Source: Bacteroides sp. (GTDB lineage: Bacteria > Bacteroidota > Bacteroidia > Bacteroidales > Bacteroidaceae). From it: 64,000 bases of DNA. A program made the translations under genes and the position numbers. This document shows positions 19,882 to 29,988 of this stretch, piece after piece; the stretch's first letter is position 1; every line of letters starts with the position of its first letter. The notes below the pieces were generated by a model. That model was given only the letters and a program-made list of their open reading frames with translations. It did no database searches and was not told the origin of the DNA. The DNA is taken from assembly GCA_031554635.1 (NCBI GenBank), contig JAVBVD010000008.1, forward strand, positions 23,221 to 87,220, given 5' to 3'.

Positions 19882-22749
19882 ATGACAGATGATTCATTAG
19901 CTTGCCGCCATATCGGCATCAGCGAGAAAGATACTGAGTGGATGCTCGGTAAAATAGGTGTGGCTACCCTCGACGAGCTGATCGACAAAACCATCCCTGC
20001 CAATATCAGGCTGAAAGAGGCGCTGCCCCTGCCTGCCCCGTTAACAGAATACGAATACGGTAAACACATTGCCGAACTGGCTGGTAAGAACCAGGTATTC
20101 GCCAGCTACATCGGTTTGGGTTGGTACAATACCATTACTCCGGCTGTTGTCCTGCGCAATGTGTTCGAAAATCCGGTGTGGTACACATCGTATACGCCCT
20201 ACCAGGCGGAGGTGTCGCAAGGGCGACTGGAAGCGTTGATGAACTTCCAGACGGCTGTGTGCGACCTGACGGCCATGCCGCTTGCCAACTGTTCGTTGCT
20301 TGACGAAGCCACAGCGGGAGCCGAAGCGGTAGCGATGTTGTACGCCCTGCGTTCGCGTGCGCAACAAAAGGCGAATGCCAACGTGGTATTGGTGGACGAA
20401 GCTATCTTCGCGCAAACATTGGCGGTGATGACTACCCGCGTTATTCCGCAAGGCATCGAATTGCGGGTGGGCAATTACAAAGACTTTGCCTTCACTCCGG
20501 ATGTGTTTGCCTGCATGGTGCAATACCCCAATGGCAACGGTGAAGTGAACGATTACAGCGAACTCGCTGAGAAAGCACATACAGCCGATTGTAAGGTAGC
20601 GGTTGCTGCCGACATCATGAGTCTGGCCTTGCTGGTTCCTCCCGGCGAATGGGGAGCGGATGTAGTGTTCGGAAGCACCCAGCGATTCGGTATACCAATG
20701 TTCTACGGCGGTCCTTCAGCCGGATTCTTTGCTACCCGCGACGAATACAAACGTATGGTTCCCGGTCGTATCATCGGCCTGTCAAAAGACAAGTACGGCA
20801 AACGTTGTTACCGCATGGCGCTGCAAACGCGTGAACAGCACATCAAACGTGAGAAAGCGACCTCCAATATATGTACCGCACAGGCGTTGCTGGCAACAAT
20901 GGCTGGTTTCTATGCGGCATACCACGGTCAGGAAGGCATCTGGAACATTGCATCGCGCATCCATGCCACGGCGGCTTATCTGGAAAAACAAATCTGCCAG
21001 TTGGGCTACTGCCAGGTGAACTTGCAGTTCTTCGATACACTCCGTTTCACCCTGCCCGATCATATTTCGGCCCGTCAGATACAAACCATCGCATTGAGTA
21101 AACAGGTGAACCTGCGCTACTTCGACAATGGAGACGTGGGTATGAGCATCGACGAAACCACCGATGCCGCTGCCGCCAATGTGTTGCTCTCCATCTTCGG
21201 CATTGCTGCCGGTCAGGATTTCCCGAAAACGGAAGCCATCCCTGCGTTATCGACTATCGACAAGAAACTAAAACGTACCAGCGCTTACCTGGCACACGAT
21301 ACATTCAACAAGTACCATACGGAAACGGAAATGATGCGCTACATCAAGCGTCTTGACCGGAAGGACATTTCATTGGCTCAGTCGATGATCTCACTCGGCT
21401 CGTGTACCATGAAGCTGAACGCGGCTTCCGAATTGTTGCCGCTCACCCTGCCGGGCTTGGCGAATATCCATCCGCTGGTACCCGAAGATCAGGTACCCGG
21501 TTATCAGGAGCTGATCAATCAGTTGGGCAAGTACCTGGCTGTCCTTACCGGATTTGCCGGAACCAGTCTGCAACCGAACTCCGGAGCCAGTGGCGAGTAT
21601 GCCGGACTGCGTGTGATCGGTAGTTACCTGGAAAGCATCGGACAAGGTCATCGCAAGAAGGTGCTGATTCCTGCATCGGCGCACGGTACCAACCCTGCAT
21701 CGGCTATTCAGGCGGGATTCACCACGGTGACCTGCGCTTGCGACGCTCAGGGTAATGTGGATATGGACGATCTTCGTGCCAAAGCCGAAGCCAACCGTGA
21801 CGATCTGGCTGCGTTGATGATCACCTATCCTTCCACGCATGGTATCTTCGAAACGGAGATTGTGGAGATCTGCCGTATCATTCACGACTGTGGCGCACAG
21901 GTGTACATGGATGGTGCCAATATGAACGCTCAGGTGGGGCTTACCAATCCGGGATTCATCGGTGCCGATGTTTGTCACCTGAACCTGCACAAGACTTTTG
22001 CCATTCCGCACGGCGGTGGCGGACCGGGTGTAGGACCGATTTGTGTAGCCAAACATCTGTTGCCGTTCCTGCCGGGACATACGTTGTTCGATAATCCGGT
22101 GAATCAGGTATCGGCTGCTCCTTACGGTAGTGCAGGGGTATTGCCTATCACGTACGGATACATCCGCATGATGGGTGTTGAAGGGCTGACAATGGCTACG
22201 AAGGTTGCCATCCTGAATGCCAACTACATGGCTGCTTGCCTGAACGATACGTACGGAATCGTGTACCGTGGCGCCAACGGATTCGTGGGCCACGAGATGA
22301 TTCTGGAATGCCGCAAGATTCAGGAAGAAACAGGCATCAGCGAGAACGACATCGCCAAGCGCCTGATGGACTATGGTTATCATGCTCCTACCCTTTCGTT
22401 CCCCGTTCACGGCACGTTGATGATCGAACCGACGGAAAGCGAAAGCCTGGCGGAACTGGATAACTTCATCCAGGTGATGCTAACCATTTGGGAAGAGATT
22501 CAGGAAGTGAAGAACGGAACGGCATCAAAAGAGGACAATGTATTGGTGAATGCTCCACATCCGGAATACGAGGTAGTGGGCGATAGCTGGACGCATGAAT
22601 ACTCCCGCGAGAAAGCGGCTTACCCGATAGAAAGTGTACGCGAAAATAAGTTCTGGGTGAATGTAGCCCGTATTGATAACACATTCGGCGACCGTAATTT
22701 GTTGCCTACGCAGTACGGGGATATTGAACCGTTCTGCTCTTGCGGATAA
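19882..22749 (+). CDS. gcvP: Glycine dehydrogenase (glycine cleavage P protein)
   Basis: YTPYQAEVSQGRLE, TSNICTAQ, LGSCTMKLN, HLNLHKTF (PLP Lys), PHGGGGPG. Confidence 0.97.
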   Translation: MTDDSLACRHIGISEKDTEWMLGKIGVATLDELIDKTIPANIRLKEALPLPAPLTEYEYGKHIAELAGKNQVFASYIGLGWYNTITPAVVLRNVFENPVWYTSYTPYQAEVSQGRLEALMNFQTAVCDLTAMPLANCSLLDEATAGAEAVAMLYALRSRAQQKANANVVLVDEAIFAQTLAVMTTRVIPQGIELRVGNYKDFAFTPDVFACMVQYPNGNGEVNDYSELAEKAHTADCKVAVAADIMSLALLVPPGEWGADVVFGSTQRFGIPMFYGGPSAGFFATRDEYKRMVPGRIIGLSKDKYGKRCYRMALQTREQHIKREKATSNICTAQALLATMAGFYAAYHGQEGIWNIASRIHATAAYLEKQICQLGYCQVNLQFFDTLRFTLPDHISARQIQTIALSKQVNLRYFDNGDVGMSIDETTDAAAANVLLSIFGIAAGQDFPKTEAIPALSTIDKKLKRTSAYLAHDTFNKYHTETEMMRYIKRLDRKDISLAQSMISLGSCTMKLNAASELLPLTLPGLANIHPLVPEDQVPGYQELINQLGKYLAVLTGFAGTSLQPNSGASGEYAGLRVIGSYLESIGQGHRKKVLIPASAHGTNPASAIQAGFTTVTCACDAQGNVDMDDLRAKAEANRDDLAALMITYPSTHGIFETEIVEICRIIHDCGAQVYMDGANMNAQVGLTNPGFIGADVCHLNLHKTFAIPHGGGGPGVGPICVAKHLLPFLPGHTLFDNPVNQVSAAPYGSAGVLPITYGYIRMMGVEGLTMATKVAILNANYMAACLNDTYGIVYRGANGFVGHEMILECRKIQEETGISENDIAKRLMDYGYHAPTLSFPVHGTLMIEPTESESLAELDNFIQVMLTIWEEIQEVKNGTASKEDNVLVNAPHPEYEVVGDSWTHEYSREKAAYPIESVRENKFWVNVARIDNTFGDRNLLPTQYGDIEPFCSCG

Positions 22750-22766
22750 ATTTACACTTATAGCTA

Positions 22767-22809
22767 AAGGCTGCCTCGTCTGTTGGAAGAATGAGGCAGC
22801 CTTCTTTTT
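22767..22809 (+). terminator. Intrinsic terminator after gcvP
   Basis: AAGGCTGCCTC...GAGGCAGCCTT stem then T-tract. Confidence 0.85.
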
Positions 22810-22823
22810 ATGTAAAACACGAG

Positions 22824-22931
22824 ATGAATAGAAAAGTCCCCCTTATTGTTATGTGGATTTTAGCAGTGTTTTTATGGATATTACTGCTGCTGTTTGTCGG
22901 TGCTTTGTATCTTGTGTCTGATTCTGCTTAG
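22824..22931 (+). CDS. Putative 35-aa single-pass membrane peptide (below ORF-track cutoff)
   Basis: Manual translation MNRKVPLIVMWILAVFLWILLLLFVGALYLVSDSA*. Confidence 0.4.
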   Translation: MNRKVPLIVMWILAVFLWILLLLFVGALYLVSDSA

Positions 22932-22980
22932 CGCTTATACATTTAAGCTCTTCTTATTTCAAGCAGACATTGTATATAAA

Positions 22981-23021
22981 TAAACAGCCCGCTGATTCGC
23001 AATGAATCAGCGGGCTGTTTA
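22981..23021. terminator. Perfect 18-bp inverted repeat, likely bidirectional terminator
   Basis: TAAACAGCCCGCTGATTC-GCAAT-GAATCAGCGGGCTGTTTA, 28 nt past the stop of the minus-strand gene. Confidence 0.85.
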
Positions 23022-23049
23022 CTTATATTGCTTATTATTCCCGGAAAAA

Positions 23050-24087
23050 TTAGAAACGCCACATTGCGCTTGATTCGAGGCGACCGTAACAGTTAGCGGT
23101 AGATGTATTAGCTTCCGAATTCCATTTGTTGTCAACACCTGTTGTTATCCACTCCATAAACTTTGGGAAAGCCAAATGGATATTCGTCTTTTCCAATGGA
23201 TAGTAGTTCTGCGTTTCTGGAACACGAATGCCATAAGGAAGTGCACCTTCAAGGTTCTTGTTGTATTCTCCTGCATAGAACTTTTCTCCTTGGACTTTGA
23301 TGTAAAATTTCAAAGCCTGACTGTTGGTTACATTACCAATGGAGGGGCTAGTAGTTATAATTGGATCATAGAGGAGATAGCCAGTGACCATCCGTAGATC
23401 TTCGGCAGTTATTCTTTTCTCCTTTCTGCTATGTACGATGGTATAAGAAGGATATGGATTGGCATTTACATATTCGTCCGCCAAAGCTTCCGAAGAAGCA
23501 ATACCGATAAAAAAGTCTTTGCCCGCTTCGGTGTTGATGAATCCACCCTGTCCACCAAATAAATCACGACGTACATTATCCGTTAAGTCATAGTCTGCTC
23601 CATTCATGTCAGTGAATCCAAACCCGATTGTTTTTGTACTTCCTAATGCTACTCCGCGTAGTTTAATATCAAAACGGCGATTACCATTAATAGATCCATT
23701 TACTAAATGTTTTACGTGGAGGATTGCGTCGTTATAATCGTAGTCGGCATTGCGCGAATCTTCGAACAAATATGTACCAACACCGGTCGCAATAAAACTG
23801 CCTGCGGTAAATTCCGGTAACGCGGGATAATCCACATAGTCTACCTGTACAGCAGTGGAGCGTGTAGTTCCTACGGGAACCTGAATTCTCAATGCCATGT
23901 CTGTAACAGCCAGCGTATCTTCACCTAAAGTGACTACAGATATTTTGCCATCTTGCAAGGGTACATCATACGATTGTTGCATCGAGAATTTGTCATCGAT
24001 AACATATTCTGGTGCAACATACAAGTCGCGCTCGCAAGCAGCAAGCATCAACGTTGGAATAATAATTAAAAGACTCTTCTGTTTCAT
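23050..24087 (-). CDS. DUF4842/LruC-like domain lipoprotein
   Basis: Lipobox LAAC; FEDSRNADYDYND and PYGIRVP...YPLEK...AFPKF.EW motifs; own -7 element TATCTTTG upstream. Confidence 0.7.
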   Translation of the reverse strand: MKQKSLLIIIPTLMLAACERDLYVAPEYVIDDKFSMQQSYDVPLQDGKISVVTLGEDTLAVTDMALRIQVPVGTTRSTAVQVDYVDYPALPEFTAGSFIATGVGTYLFEDSRNADYDYNDAILHVKHLVNGSINGNRRFDIKLRGVALGSTKTIGFGFTDMNGADYDLTDNVRRDLFGGQGGFINTEAGKDFFIGIASSEALADEYVNANPYPSYTIVHSRKEKRITAEDLRMVTGYLLYDPIITTSPSIGNVTNSQALKFYIKVQGEKFYAGEYNKNLEGALPYGIRVPETQNYYPLEKTNIHLAFPKFMEWITTGVDNKWNSEANTSTANCYGRLESSAMWRF

Positions 24088-24217
24088 AATTTATGTTTGC
24101 TTGATAATACGGGGCAAAGATACGAAATGAAATATGTAAACAAAACGAATAATCAACTTATTTTCAATTAGATATACAACTTTTCCGATAAATATGGTCG
24201 ATATTTCTTATTGTTGT

Positions 24218-24387
24218 TCAGCTAATGGAATTTATTTCATATTCTTTGCTTTTCTTCTTACCGGCGGTGAAAGGAACTCCCGCAGGTTGGTACTTCTTGC
24301 CATCCAGGCTGTAACTGAAATGACAGATGTCTCCTTTCTCTACTTTTATAATGCTGACAAAAGTTGCCAGAAGGATAATTTTTTCAT
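24218..24387 (-). pseudogene. Remnant of a GH43 gene (signal peptide fused to C-terminal fragment)
   Basis: KIILLATFVSI then KVEKGDICHFSYSLDGKKYQPAGVPFTA, resembling the GH43 C-terminal beta-sandwich; ATG at 24387 out of frame by one base in an A-run. Confidence 0.65.
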
Positions 24388-24399
24388 CTTATACTTTCT

Positions 24400-26316
24400 T
24401 TATTTCAAGTCCCAATACACTACGTAACGCTGACGATGTACATTGTGCAACGGTTCAATCTGATCACCCTGTGGAGTGACGAACTTCAACTCCTTCCCTA
24501 CCCGTTGTACGCTTCGTCCGGGATTCTTCGGATCGACCTGCAAGTAGAAATTCAGTCCGGCGGGGATGTTATAATTATAGGTGTAGTAGTCGTTGTAAAG
24601 CGCCGGGTTGGAATAAGGAGCCGGTTCCTGCATCCCTTCCGTACCCAATGTCCCTGCCAGCACCAACGGACCGTAGAGCAAAGCAGCTTTGTTCGGGTTA
24701 TCGGGAGTGGCTTCGAGTTGAATCTTCATCGGGAGAGTAGCCTCGATGCAATCGCCATCCTTCCACTGATGGGTAACGGCGATGTATGAGCCTGGTTTCT
24801 GTTTCACGCTTACCTTTTTCCCATTGACAGTAACAGATACCTGCTCGCTCCATGACGGATAACGCAGGTACACCGTGGTGGTCACCGGCTTATCGGTATG
24901 CAGGGTCAGCGTAGTGGTTTCATCGGCGGGGAAAGCTGTTTCCTGACGGAGGACCAAACCCTTCTCCTTCCAGCAGACTTGCGACGGGATGAAAAGATTG
25001 ACATAAATGCCCTCGTTGTTGTGGTAGTAGATGGCTTCACCGTACTTGGCATGGTTCTCGAAACCACTGCCCACGCAGCACCAGAAAGAATTCTCCTTCG
25101 TGCTATACACCTTGTGCGAGCCCGAGAGCATAGGCAGGAAGTAAGCTACCATGCCCGTTTCGGGATCTTGTTGCCCTAGAATATGATTATATAGCGCCCG
25201 CTCGTAATAATCAGCTATCGATGCATCGGCCGTCCAGCAGAAGAGGTGGCGACTCAGCTTCAGCATGTTGTACGTGCAGCACGTCTCTCCGGTATAGCCT
25301 GTGAGGTGTTTGGAGAACTGATGCGGGTCGAAGTAATGCTCCTTGTCGCTGCAACTTCCTGGTGCATAGGTATGGTGGTCGATCATCGTGTGCCAGAAGA
25401 AGTCCGATAGGTTGCGGCTCGTTTCATTGTTGGTGAGCTCGTAATGACGGGCTTCGGCAATCACCTTGGGGATGAAGGTATTGGTATGTTTGGTGCCGAG
25501 ATCGTCGCGAAGTTCTTTCAGCGGGTCGATCACATCGTTGTGGTAGAAGAACTGGGCCAACCACTGATGACGCTCGTTGCCCGTAATGGCGTAGAGGTTG
25601 TAGAACGATTCGTTCACGCCGCCGAACTCGTTGCGTATCATCTTCTGGCGGGTGGCTTCGTCGATGGGTTTCAGTTTGTCGTATGCCCAGTCGGCCATGC
25701 GTGTTACCACCTGGAGTGCCTCACGGTTGTCGGCGTAGAGGTACTGGTCGATGAGTCCGGAGAAGAGTTTATGAAGCGTGTACCACGGCGCCCATACGCT
25801 GGTAGCACGGATGTTGCGGTTGATCAGCTCCTCGGGGAAAGCGCTGAGGTAACCGTTGCCCAAGGCTTGTTGCACTTCGGCCAGACCGGTTGTCAGGCTA
25901 TCGCCTTTCAGCTTGAATACCTCGCTGCCCGTTGCGGCATACATCAGTGCGTAGGCCGAAAGCAGGTGTCCGGTGGTGTGTCCACGGAGTTCGCAGTCGA
26001 GCGATTCCCATCCGCCGAGTTTCTTCACTGTCATGTAGCCTCCTTCGCGTCCGGCCCATACGCCGGCTGTGTTGCGGAAGCTATGCAGGAGACGATTTAC
26101 GTCGATGGAAGTCATCCAGACGGAGTCGCGCATCATGTTTTCGCGGAAACGGCTTGGCAGCAGGCGGACGTCTTTCAGGTCGAAACTTTCGACCCGGACG
26201 GGTGCCACGGTTTCTTTCTTCATCTTTCCCGCATGTTGGCCGGGGTAAACGGATTGAGCATTCATCGTGCCCGATACAGCGAACAGTATAACGACTGCCA
26301 GGAGTTTTTTCTTCAT
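24400..26316 (-). CDS. GH127/GH146 beta-L-arabinofuranosidase-like
   Basis: ELRGHTTGH, NEFGG, HTNTFIP, ETCCTYN, FWCCVGSG motifs. Confidence 0.88.
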   Translation of the reverse strand: MKKKLLAVVILFAVSGTMNAQSVYPGQHAGKMKKETVAPVRVESFDLKDVRLLPSRFRENMMRDSVWMTSIDVNRLLHSFRNTAGVWAGREGGYMTVKKLGGWESLDCELRGHTTGHLLSAYALMYAATGSEVFKLKGDSLTTGLAEVQQALGNGYLSAFPEELINRNIRATSVWAPWYTLHKLFSGLIDQYLYADNREALQVVTRMADWAYDKLKPIDEATRQKMIRNEFGGVNESFYNLYAITGNERHQWLAQFFYHNDVIDPLKELRDDLGTKHTNTFIPKVIAEARHYELTNNETSRNLSDFFWHTMIDHHTYAPGSCSDKEHYFDPHQFSKHLTGYTGETCCTYNMLKLSRHLFCWTADASIADYYERALYNHILGQQDPETGMVAYFLPMLSGSHKVYSTKENSFWCCVGSGFENHAKYGEAIYYHNNEGIYVNLFIPSQVCWKEKGLVLRQETAFPADETTTLTLHTDKPVTTTVYLRYPSWSEQVSVTVNGKKVSVKQKPGSYIAVTHQWKDGDCIEATLPMKIQLEATPDNPNKAALLYGPLVLAGTLGTEGMQEPAPYSNPALYNDYYTYNYNIPAGLNFYLQVDPKNPGRSVQRVGKELKFVTPQGDQIEPLHNVHRQRYVVYWDLK

Positions 26317-26401
26317 ATTGTTTTTGATGTTATATGTGCAAAGTAAATGAATTTTAGTTCACCACTGTGCTCTTTGCGTCCTCCGTGGTGCATTTAACCC
26401 G

Positions 26402-27634
26402 TTATTTCAATTGCGCAAAGATGGTTTGTCCTTCTTCCAATCGTTTCAGGCGGAGCAGTGCTTCGATGTAATAGTAGTCGGCATAAATGATCGATGCGTC
26501 AACTTCCGAATGATTGGGCCAATGGCCGGTGCTGTGCAGCAGGAACGACGGTTTACTCTGTCCGCTCTGGTACTTGTCCGAACTGAGGCTGGAAAGCATC
26601 TTTTCGGCAGCAGTCCGATAAGTCTCGGCCCGTTCGCCTTGCAGGTATGTGGAGAGTTCCAGCAAGCCGGAGGCGATGATGGCAGCGGCGGAGGCGTCAC
26701 GTGGAGCGTCAGGTATGCCGGGGGCGCTGAAATCCCAGTAAGGCACATGGTCTTCGGGGAGTTTGCTCAGGTACACATCGGCCACGCGCTGTACGAAGTC
26801 GAGGTATTTCGGGTCCTTCGTTTCACGGTAAATCATGGTGTAACCATAGATGGCCCATGCCTGTCCGCGTGCCCACATCGAATCGTCGGCGTATCCCTGG
26901 TGGGTCACGGCCTTAATCTGGTTGCCTGTGATGGTATCGAATATAGCTACGTGATAGCTGGTATAGTCGGGACGGAACAAGGCCTGCATCGAGCGGTCGG
27001 CATGTGCCACGGCAATGTCGTACAGACATTTGTTTTCTCCATTCTTGGCTGCCCAGAACAACATCTCGAGGTTGATCAGGTTGTCCATGATGGTGTTGTG
27101 CGGCCAGTTGCGCGGTTCCCGTTCCCGGGGCCACGAAAGGATGGTTCCTACCTTGGGGTTGAAGAGTGTGGCGAGCGAATCGGCCGTATCGAGAATCACC
27201 TGACGATATTCCGGATTCTTGGTGAGCCGGTAGCCGTTGCCATAGCTACAGAATACCAGGAAGCCGAGGTCGTGGTCGTACGCGGGGATTTCGGACAAGA
27301 ACTCCAACGATTCGGTAAACTTCTCCGCTTCGGATTTAATCTTCTCATCGCGGGTGTATTCGTAGTCGTACCACAACACACCCGGCCAGAATCCGGCACA
27401 CCACTCGTCTTTGGTTGCCCGGCGACAGTGCCAACTGTTCAAACTGTCGGCTATGTTGCGTGGCATCATCGTATAGTCGATGCCGGAGTCGCTCCGAAGT
27501 TCCGTCAACGTGCGTTGTGTTTGCACAGCGCAATAGTCGAGGGCTGTATTTACGCTGAACTCCTCGGTCTGGCGGGCTGTACACGCCGTCATCAACCCTG
27601 CTAAAACAACCGCTCCTAAGATATTTCTTTTCAT
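26402..27634 (-). CDS. GH88 unsaturated glucuronyl hydrolase (lipoprotein)
   Basis: WCAGFWPG, HDLGF, IMDNLINL, WARGQAW, DASAAAI, YADYYY. Confidence 0.9.
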   Translation of the reverse strand: MKRNILGAVVLAGLMTACTARQTEEFSVNTALDYCAVQTQRTLTELRSDSGIDYTMMPRNIADSLNSWHCRRATKDEWCAGFWPGVLWYDYEYTRDEKIKSEAEKFTESLEFLSEIPAYDHDLGFLVFCSYGNGYRLTKNPEYRQVILDTADSLATLFNPKVGTILSWPREREPRNWPHNTIMDNLINLEMLFWAAKNGENKCLYDIAVAHADRSMQALFRPDYTSYHVAIFDTITGNQIKAVTHQGYADDSMWARGQAWAIYGYTMIYRETKDPKYLDFVQRVADVYLSKLPEDHVPYWDFSAPGIPDAPRDASAAAIIASGLLELSTYLQGERAETYRTAAEKMLSSLSSDKYQSGQSKPSFLLHSTGHWPNHSEVDASIIYADYYYIEALLRLKRLEEGQTIFAQLK

Positions 27635-27788
27635 GATCTATTCTATTTAGAGGTTTTCACTCCATTTTTATTTCTTTCTTGTGCAGGAGATTCGCGCTCC
27701 TGTTTTCTGTTATCCCGAACAACCTTTTTACCTATTCTAAAAACCTATTGAAACGTGATCAAGTCGATGTGAGTCAGACCTGTTTACT

Positions 27789-27820
27789 ATAAATACGAAG
27801 CGGATCAGGAATACACCTAA
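27789..27820 (-). promoter_or_regulatory. Candidate ECF-sigma promoter upstream of GH88
   Basis: TTAGGTGTA-N13-TCGTATTT, same spacing as copies at 46218 and 48829. Confidence 0.55.
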
Positions 27821-27842
27821 TCCGCTTCGGAAATTAAGAATG

Positions 27843-27888
27843 AAAAAAAGATTATCCGCATAGCCCCTCTGGAGCAAGGATGCGGATA
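27843..27888 (-). terminator. Intrinsic terminator after GH97
   Basis: TATCCGCAT/ATGCGGATA stem followed on minus strand by U7. Confidence 0.7.
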
Positions 27889-28024
27889 GTCATTGATGTA
27901 AGAATGAAAAATTATAAACTTACGGGGAATTACCGATAGACGATCTCATAAGTGAAATCATTAGCAGAATAAGAAAGGAACTCTGTGGCAGGAAGTATCC
28001 CAGGAAACCACAAATCCCAGATTC

Positions 28025-29959
28025 TTAATTCTTAATTCTTAATTCCAATGCTGCCCCGCCGCTGGCTTTCAGATTCAGCACGATGGGCTTTCCGGGCTTG
28101 ATTACTTTCTCGGTGATACGAACCTTGGTGCGGGTATCGAGCTTGTCGTCGTCCTCGTACAGGGTGATGGTGTACTTCTTCCCGGCTTCCAGGAAATCAG
28201 TGGGGATGCTCACGGTGCGGGCTTCTTTGTTGGTCATGGCACCAACGAACCAGTCCGATCCCGAGCGGCGTGCCATGACGATGTACTCCCCTACTTCACC
28301 GTCCAGTGCCCGGCTATCGTCCCATACGGTCGGGATTTGTTTCCAGAATTCCAGCTCTTTCTCACCTTTATATAATGCGGGCGTATCGTACCAGAACATG
28401 AATTGCAGCGGACTGTAGTACACTGCCGCCATGGCCAGTTGGTGCGCCTTGGTGTTCTTCACCCGGCCGTTGAAGTAGCAGAGCGTATAGTCGGCAGCTC
28501 CCGCCAGGAAACGGGTGTAGGGCAAGGTCACGTTGTGCGTGGCATCGGGCATCTCTTCGTTGCCGCCTATGCCTTCCTGCGTCATCAGGTTGGGGTACGT
28601 ACGACTGTAACCCGTGGGGCGGTACTCGTCATGAATATCCACCATCATGCCATAGTCGGCACACTTGCGGATGGCCTCGTGCAGCCATGTGCTCCAATGC
28701 TGGTTGCCCACCTGCACGAAACCGAACTTGATTCCCTTCAATCCCCATTTCTTGTACAGCGGCAGAAGCTCGTCGAGTTGCTGCACCAATGCCCGCTGGT
28801 TGACGTACACCATCAGCCCGATGCCTTTCGACTCGGCATACTTGCACAGTGCAGGGATGTCTAGATCTCTCTCTGCCGATACCTTCGTGGCGTCGGACGA
28901 CATCTTCATTTCCGGACCGTACCAACCGGCATCCATGTGTACATATTCTATGCCCCGGTCGGCAGCGAAGTCGATGGAAGCCATTACCTCGGCCTGTTTC
29001 AGGTTCGAACGGAATACCTTTCCGGGACGAATCCACGACGTGTCGGCGATGCGACACGGATCGTTCAGGTTTAGTATCAGGTCGTTGTTGTTGATCAGGT
29101 CTATGGAACGTTCGGCAGCCATGATGATGCGCCACGGGGTGTTGTAGGCAGTGATTACGTCGACACTGCTGTAGAGCGATGTTTCCAGTGTGTTGGCTTT
29201 ATCGGCAGAGAGGCGGAACTTACCACGGGCATAGTCTACCATCTGTGCTTCGGCCAGGGCGATGGTCAGTCCGTCGGGTAGTTTCAGCGTGAGCGGGCGT
29301 TCGCTTTCGTCCGTCCAGCCTTTGAGCGGAAGCAGATGGAAGGGACCCTGTGCCCAACGTTGGTGATAGGCCATCGTTCCCTCGGGGAAGGTGAAAGCCG
29401 TTTGCTCGCCGGTGATGTGCAGGAAGAGTCCGTTCGTGGCTTCGGGGAAGTGATAACGCAGTGCCACCCCTTCGTTGTACGCCCGTACCACGATGTTCAT
29501 GAAGTATTGTTGACGTTTGTCGTATCCGTCTTTATGGTCACCGTTATTGCCTCCCTTGCTGAACTTCAGTGTGAGTTCGTTGTAACAGTCGCGTACCAGC
29601 GCACGTTCGCCATACACCGGTTTCCAGGTTTCGTCGTTTGCCCGTCGTTCAGTGCCGGTGAGCGAGAGGTTCTCGCACCACAGTGTACACATATCATTGG
29701 GAATGCCGAGGGACGATTCGAAGAGCCGATTCTCGATCTGTATGCCCAGCGTGCTTTCTTCTATTACCGTACGACCTTTGTACGTTAGCATGTAATACAT
29801 CTGGCTCGTCGCCTTGCCCGTTTCCTTTTGGTAGAAGGTAAAAGCATAGGCTCCGTCGGGCGACGAGAGTTTGTTTTCGGTCTCTTTGATGATGGACTGT
29901 GCCGTCGCTGCCAGAGGCAAAGCAATCAGACAGAGTAGGATAAGTTTTATTTTATACAT
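28025..29959 (-). CDS. GH97 glycoside hydrolase, non-canonical catalytic signature
   Basis: GH97 N-domain, WIRPGK, DIHD, RTYPN.MTQEGIGGNE, ADYT motifs. Confidence 0.9.
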   Translation of the reverse strand: MYKIKLILLCLIALPLAATAQSIIKETENKLSSPDGAYAFTFYQKETGKATSQMYYMLTYKGRTVIEESTLGIQIENRLFESSLGIPNDMCTLWCENLSLTGTERRANDETWKPVYGERALVRDCYNELTLKFSKGGNNGDHKDGYDKRQQYFMNIVVRAYNEGVALRYHFPEATNGLFLHITGEQTAFTFPEGTMAYHQRWAQGPFHLLPLKGWTDESERPLTLKLPDGLTIALAEAQMVDYARGKFRLSADKANTLETSLYSSVDVITAYNTPWRIIMAAERSIDLINNNDLILNLNDPCRIADTSWIRPGKVFRSNLKQAEVMASIDFAADRGIEYVHMDAGWYGPEMKMSSDATKVSAERDLDIPALCKYAESKGIGLMVYVNQRALVQQLDELLPLYKKWGLKGIKFGFVQVGNQHWSTWLHEAIRKCADYGMMVDIHDEYRPTGYSRTYPNLMTQEGIGGNEEMPDATHNVTLPYTRFLAGAADYTLCYFNGRVKNTKAHQLAMAAVYYSPLQFMFWYDTPALYKGEKELEFWKQIPTVWDDSRALDGEVGEYIVMARRSGSDWFVGAMTNKEARTVSIPTDFLEAGKKYTITLYEDDDKLDTRTKVRITEKVIKPGKPIVLNLKASGGAALELRIKN

Positions 29960-29988
29960 AAGATTGGAATTTATTTGATTAAATTACG

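Noticed and set aside
26358-26391. Short CACCAC...GTGGTG hairpin between GH88 and GH127
   Set aside because: Possibly a decayed dispersed repeat but too short and degenerate to support
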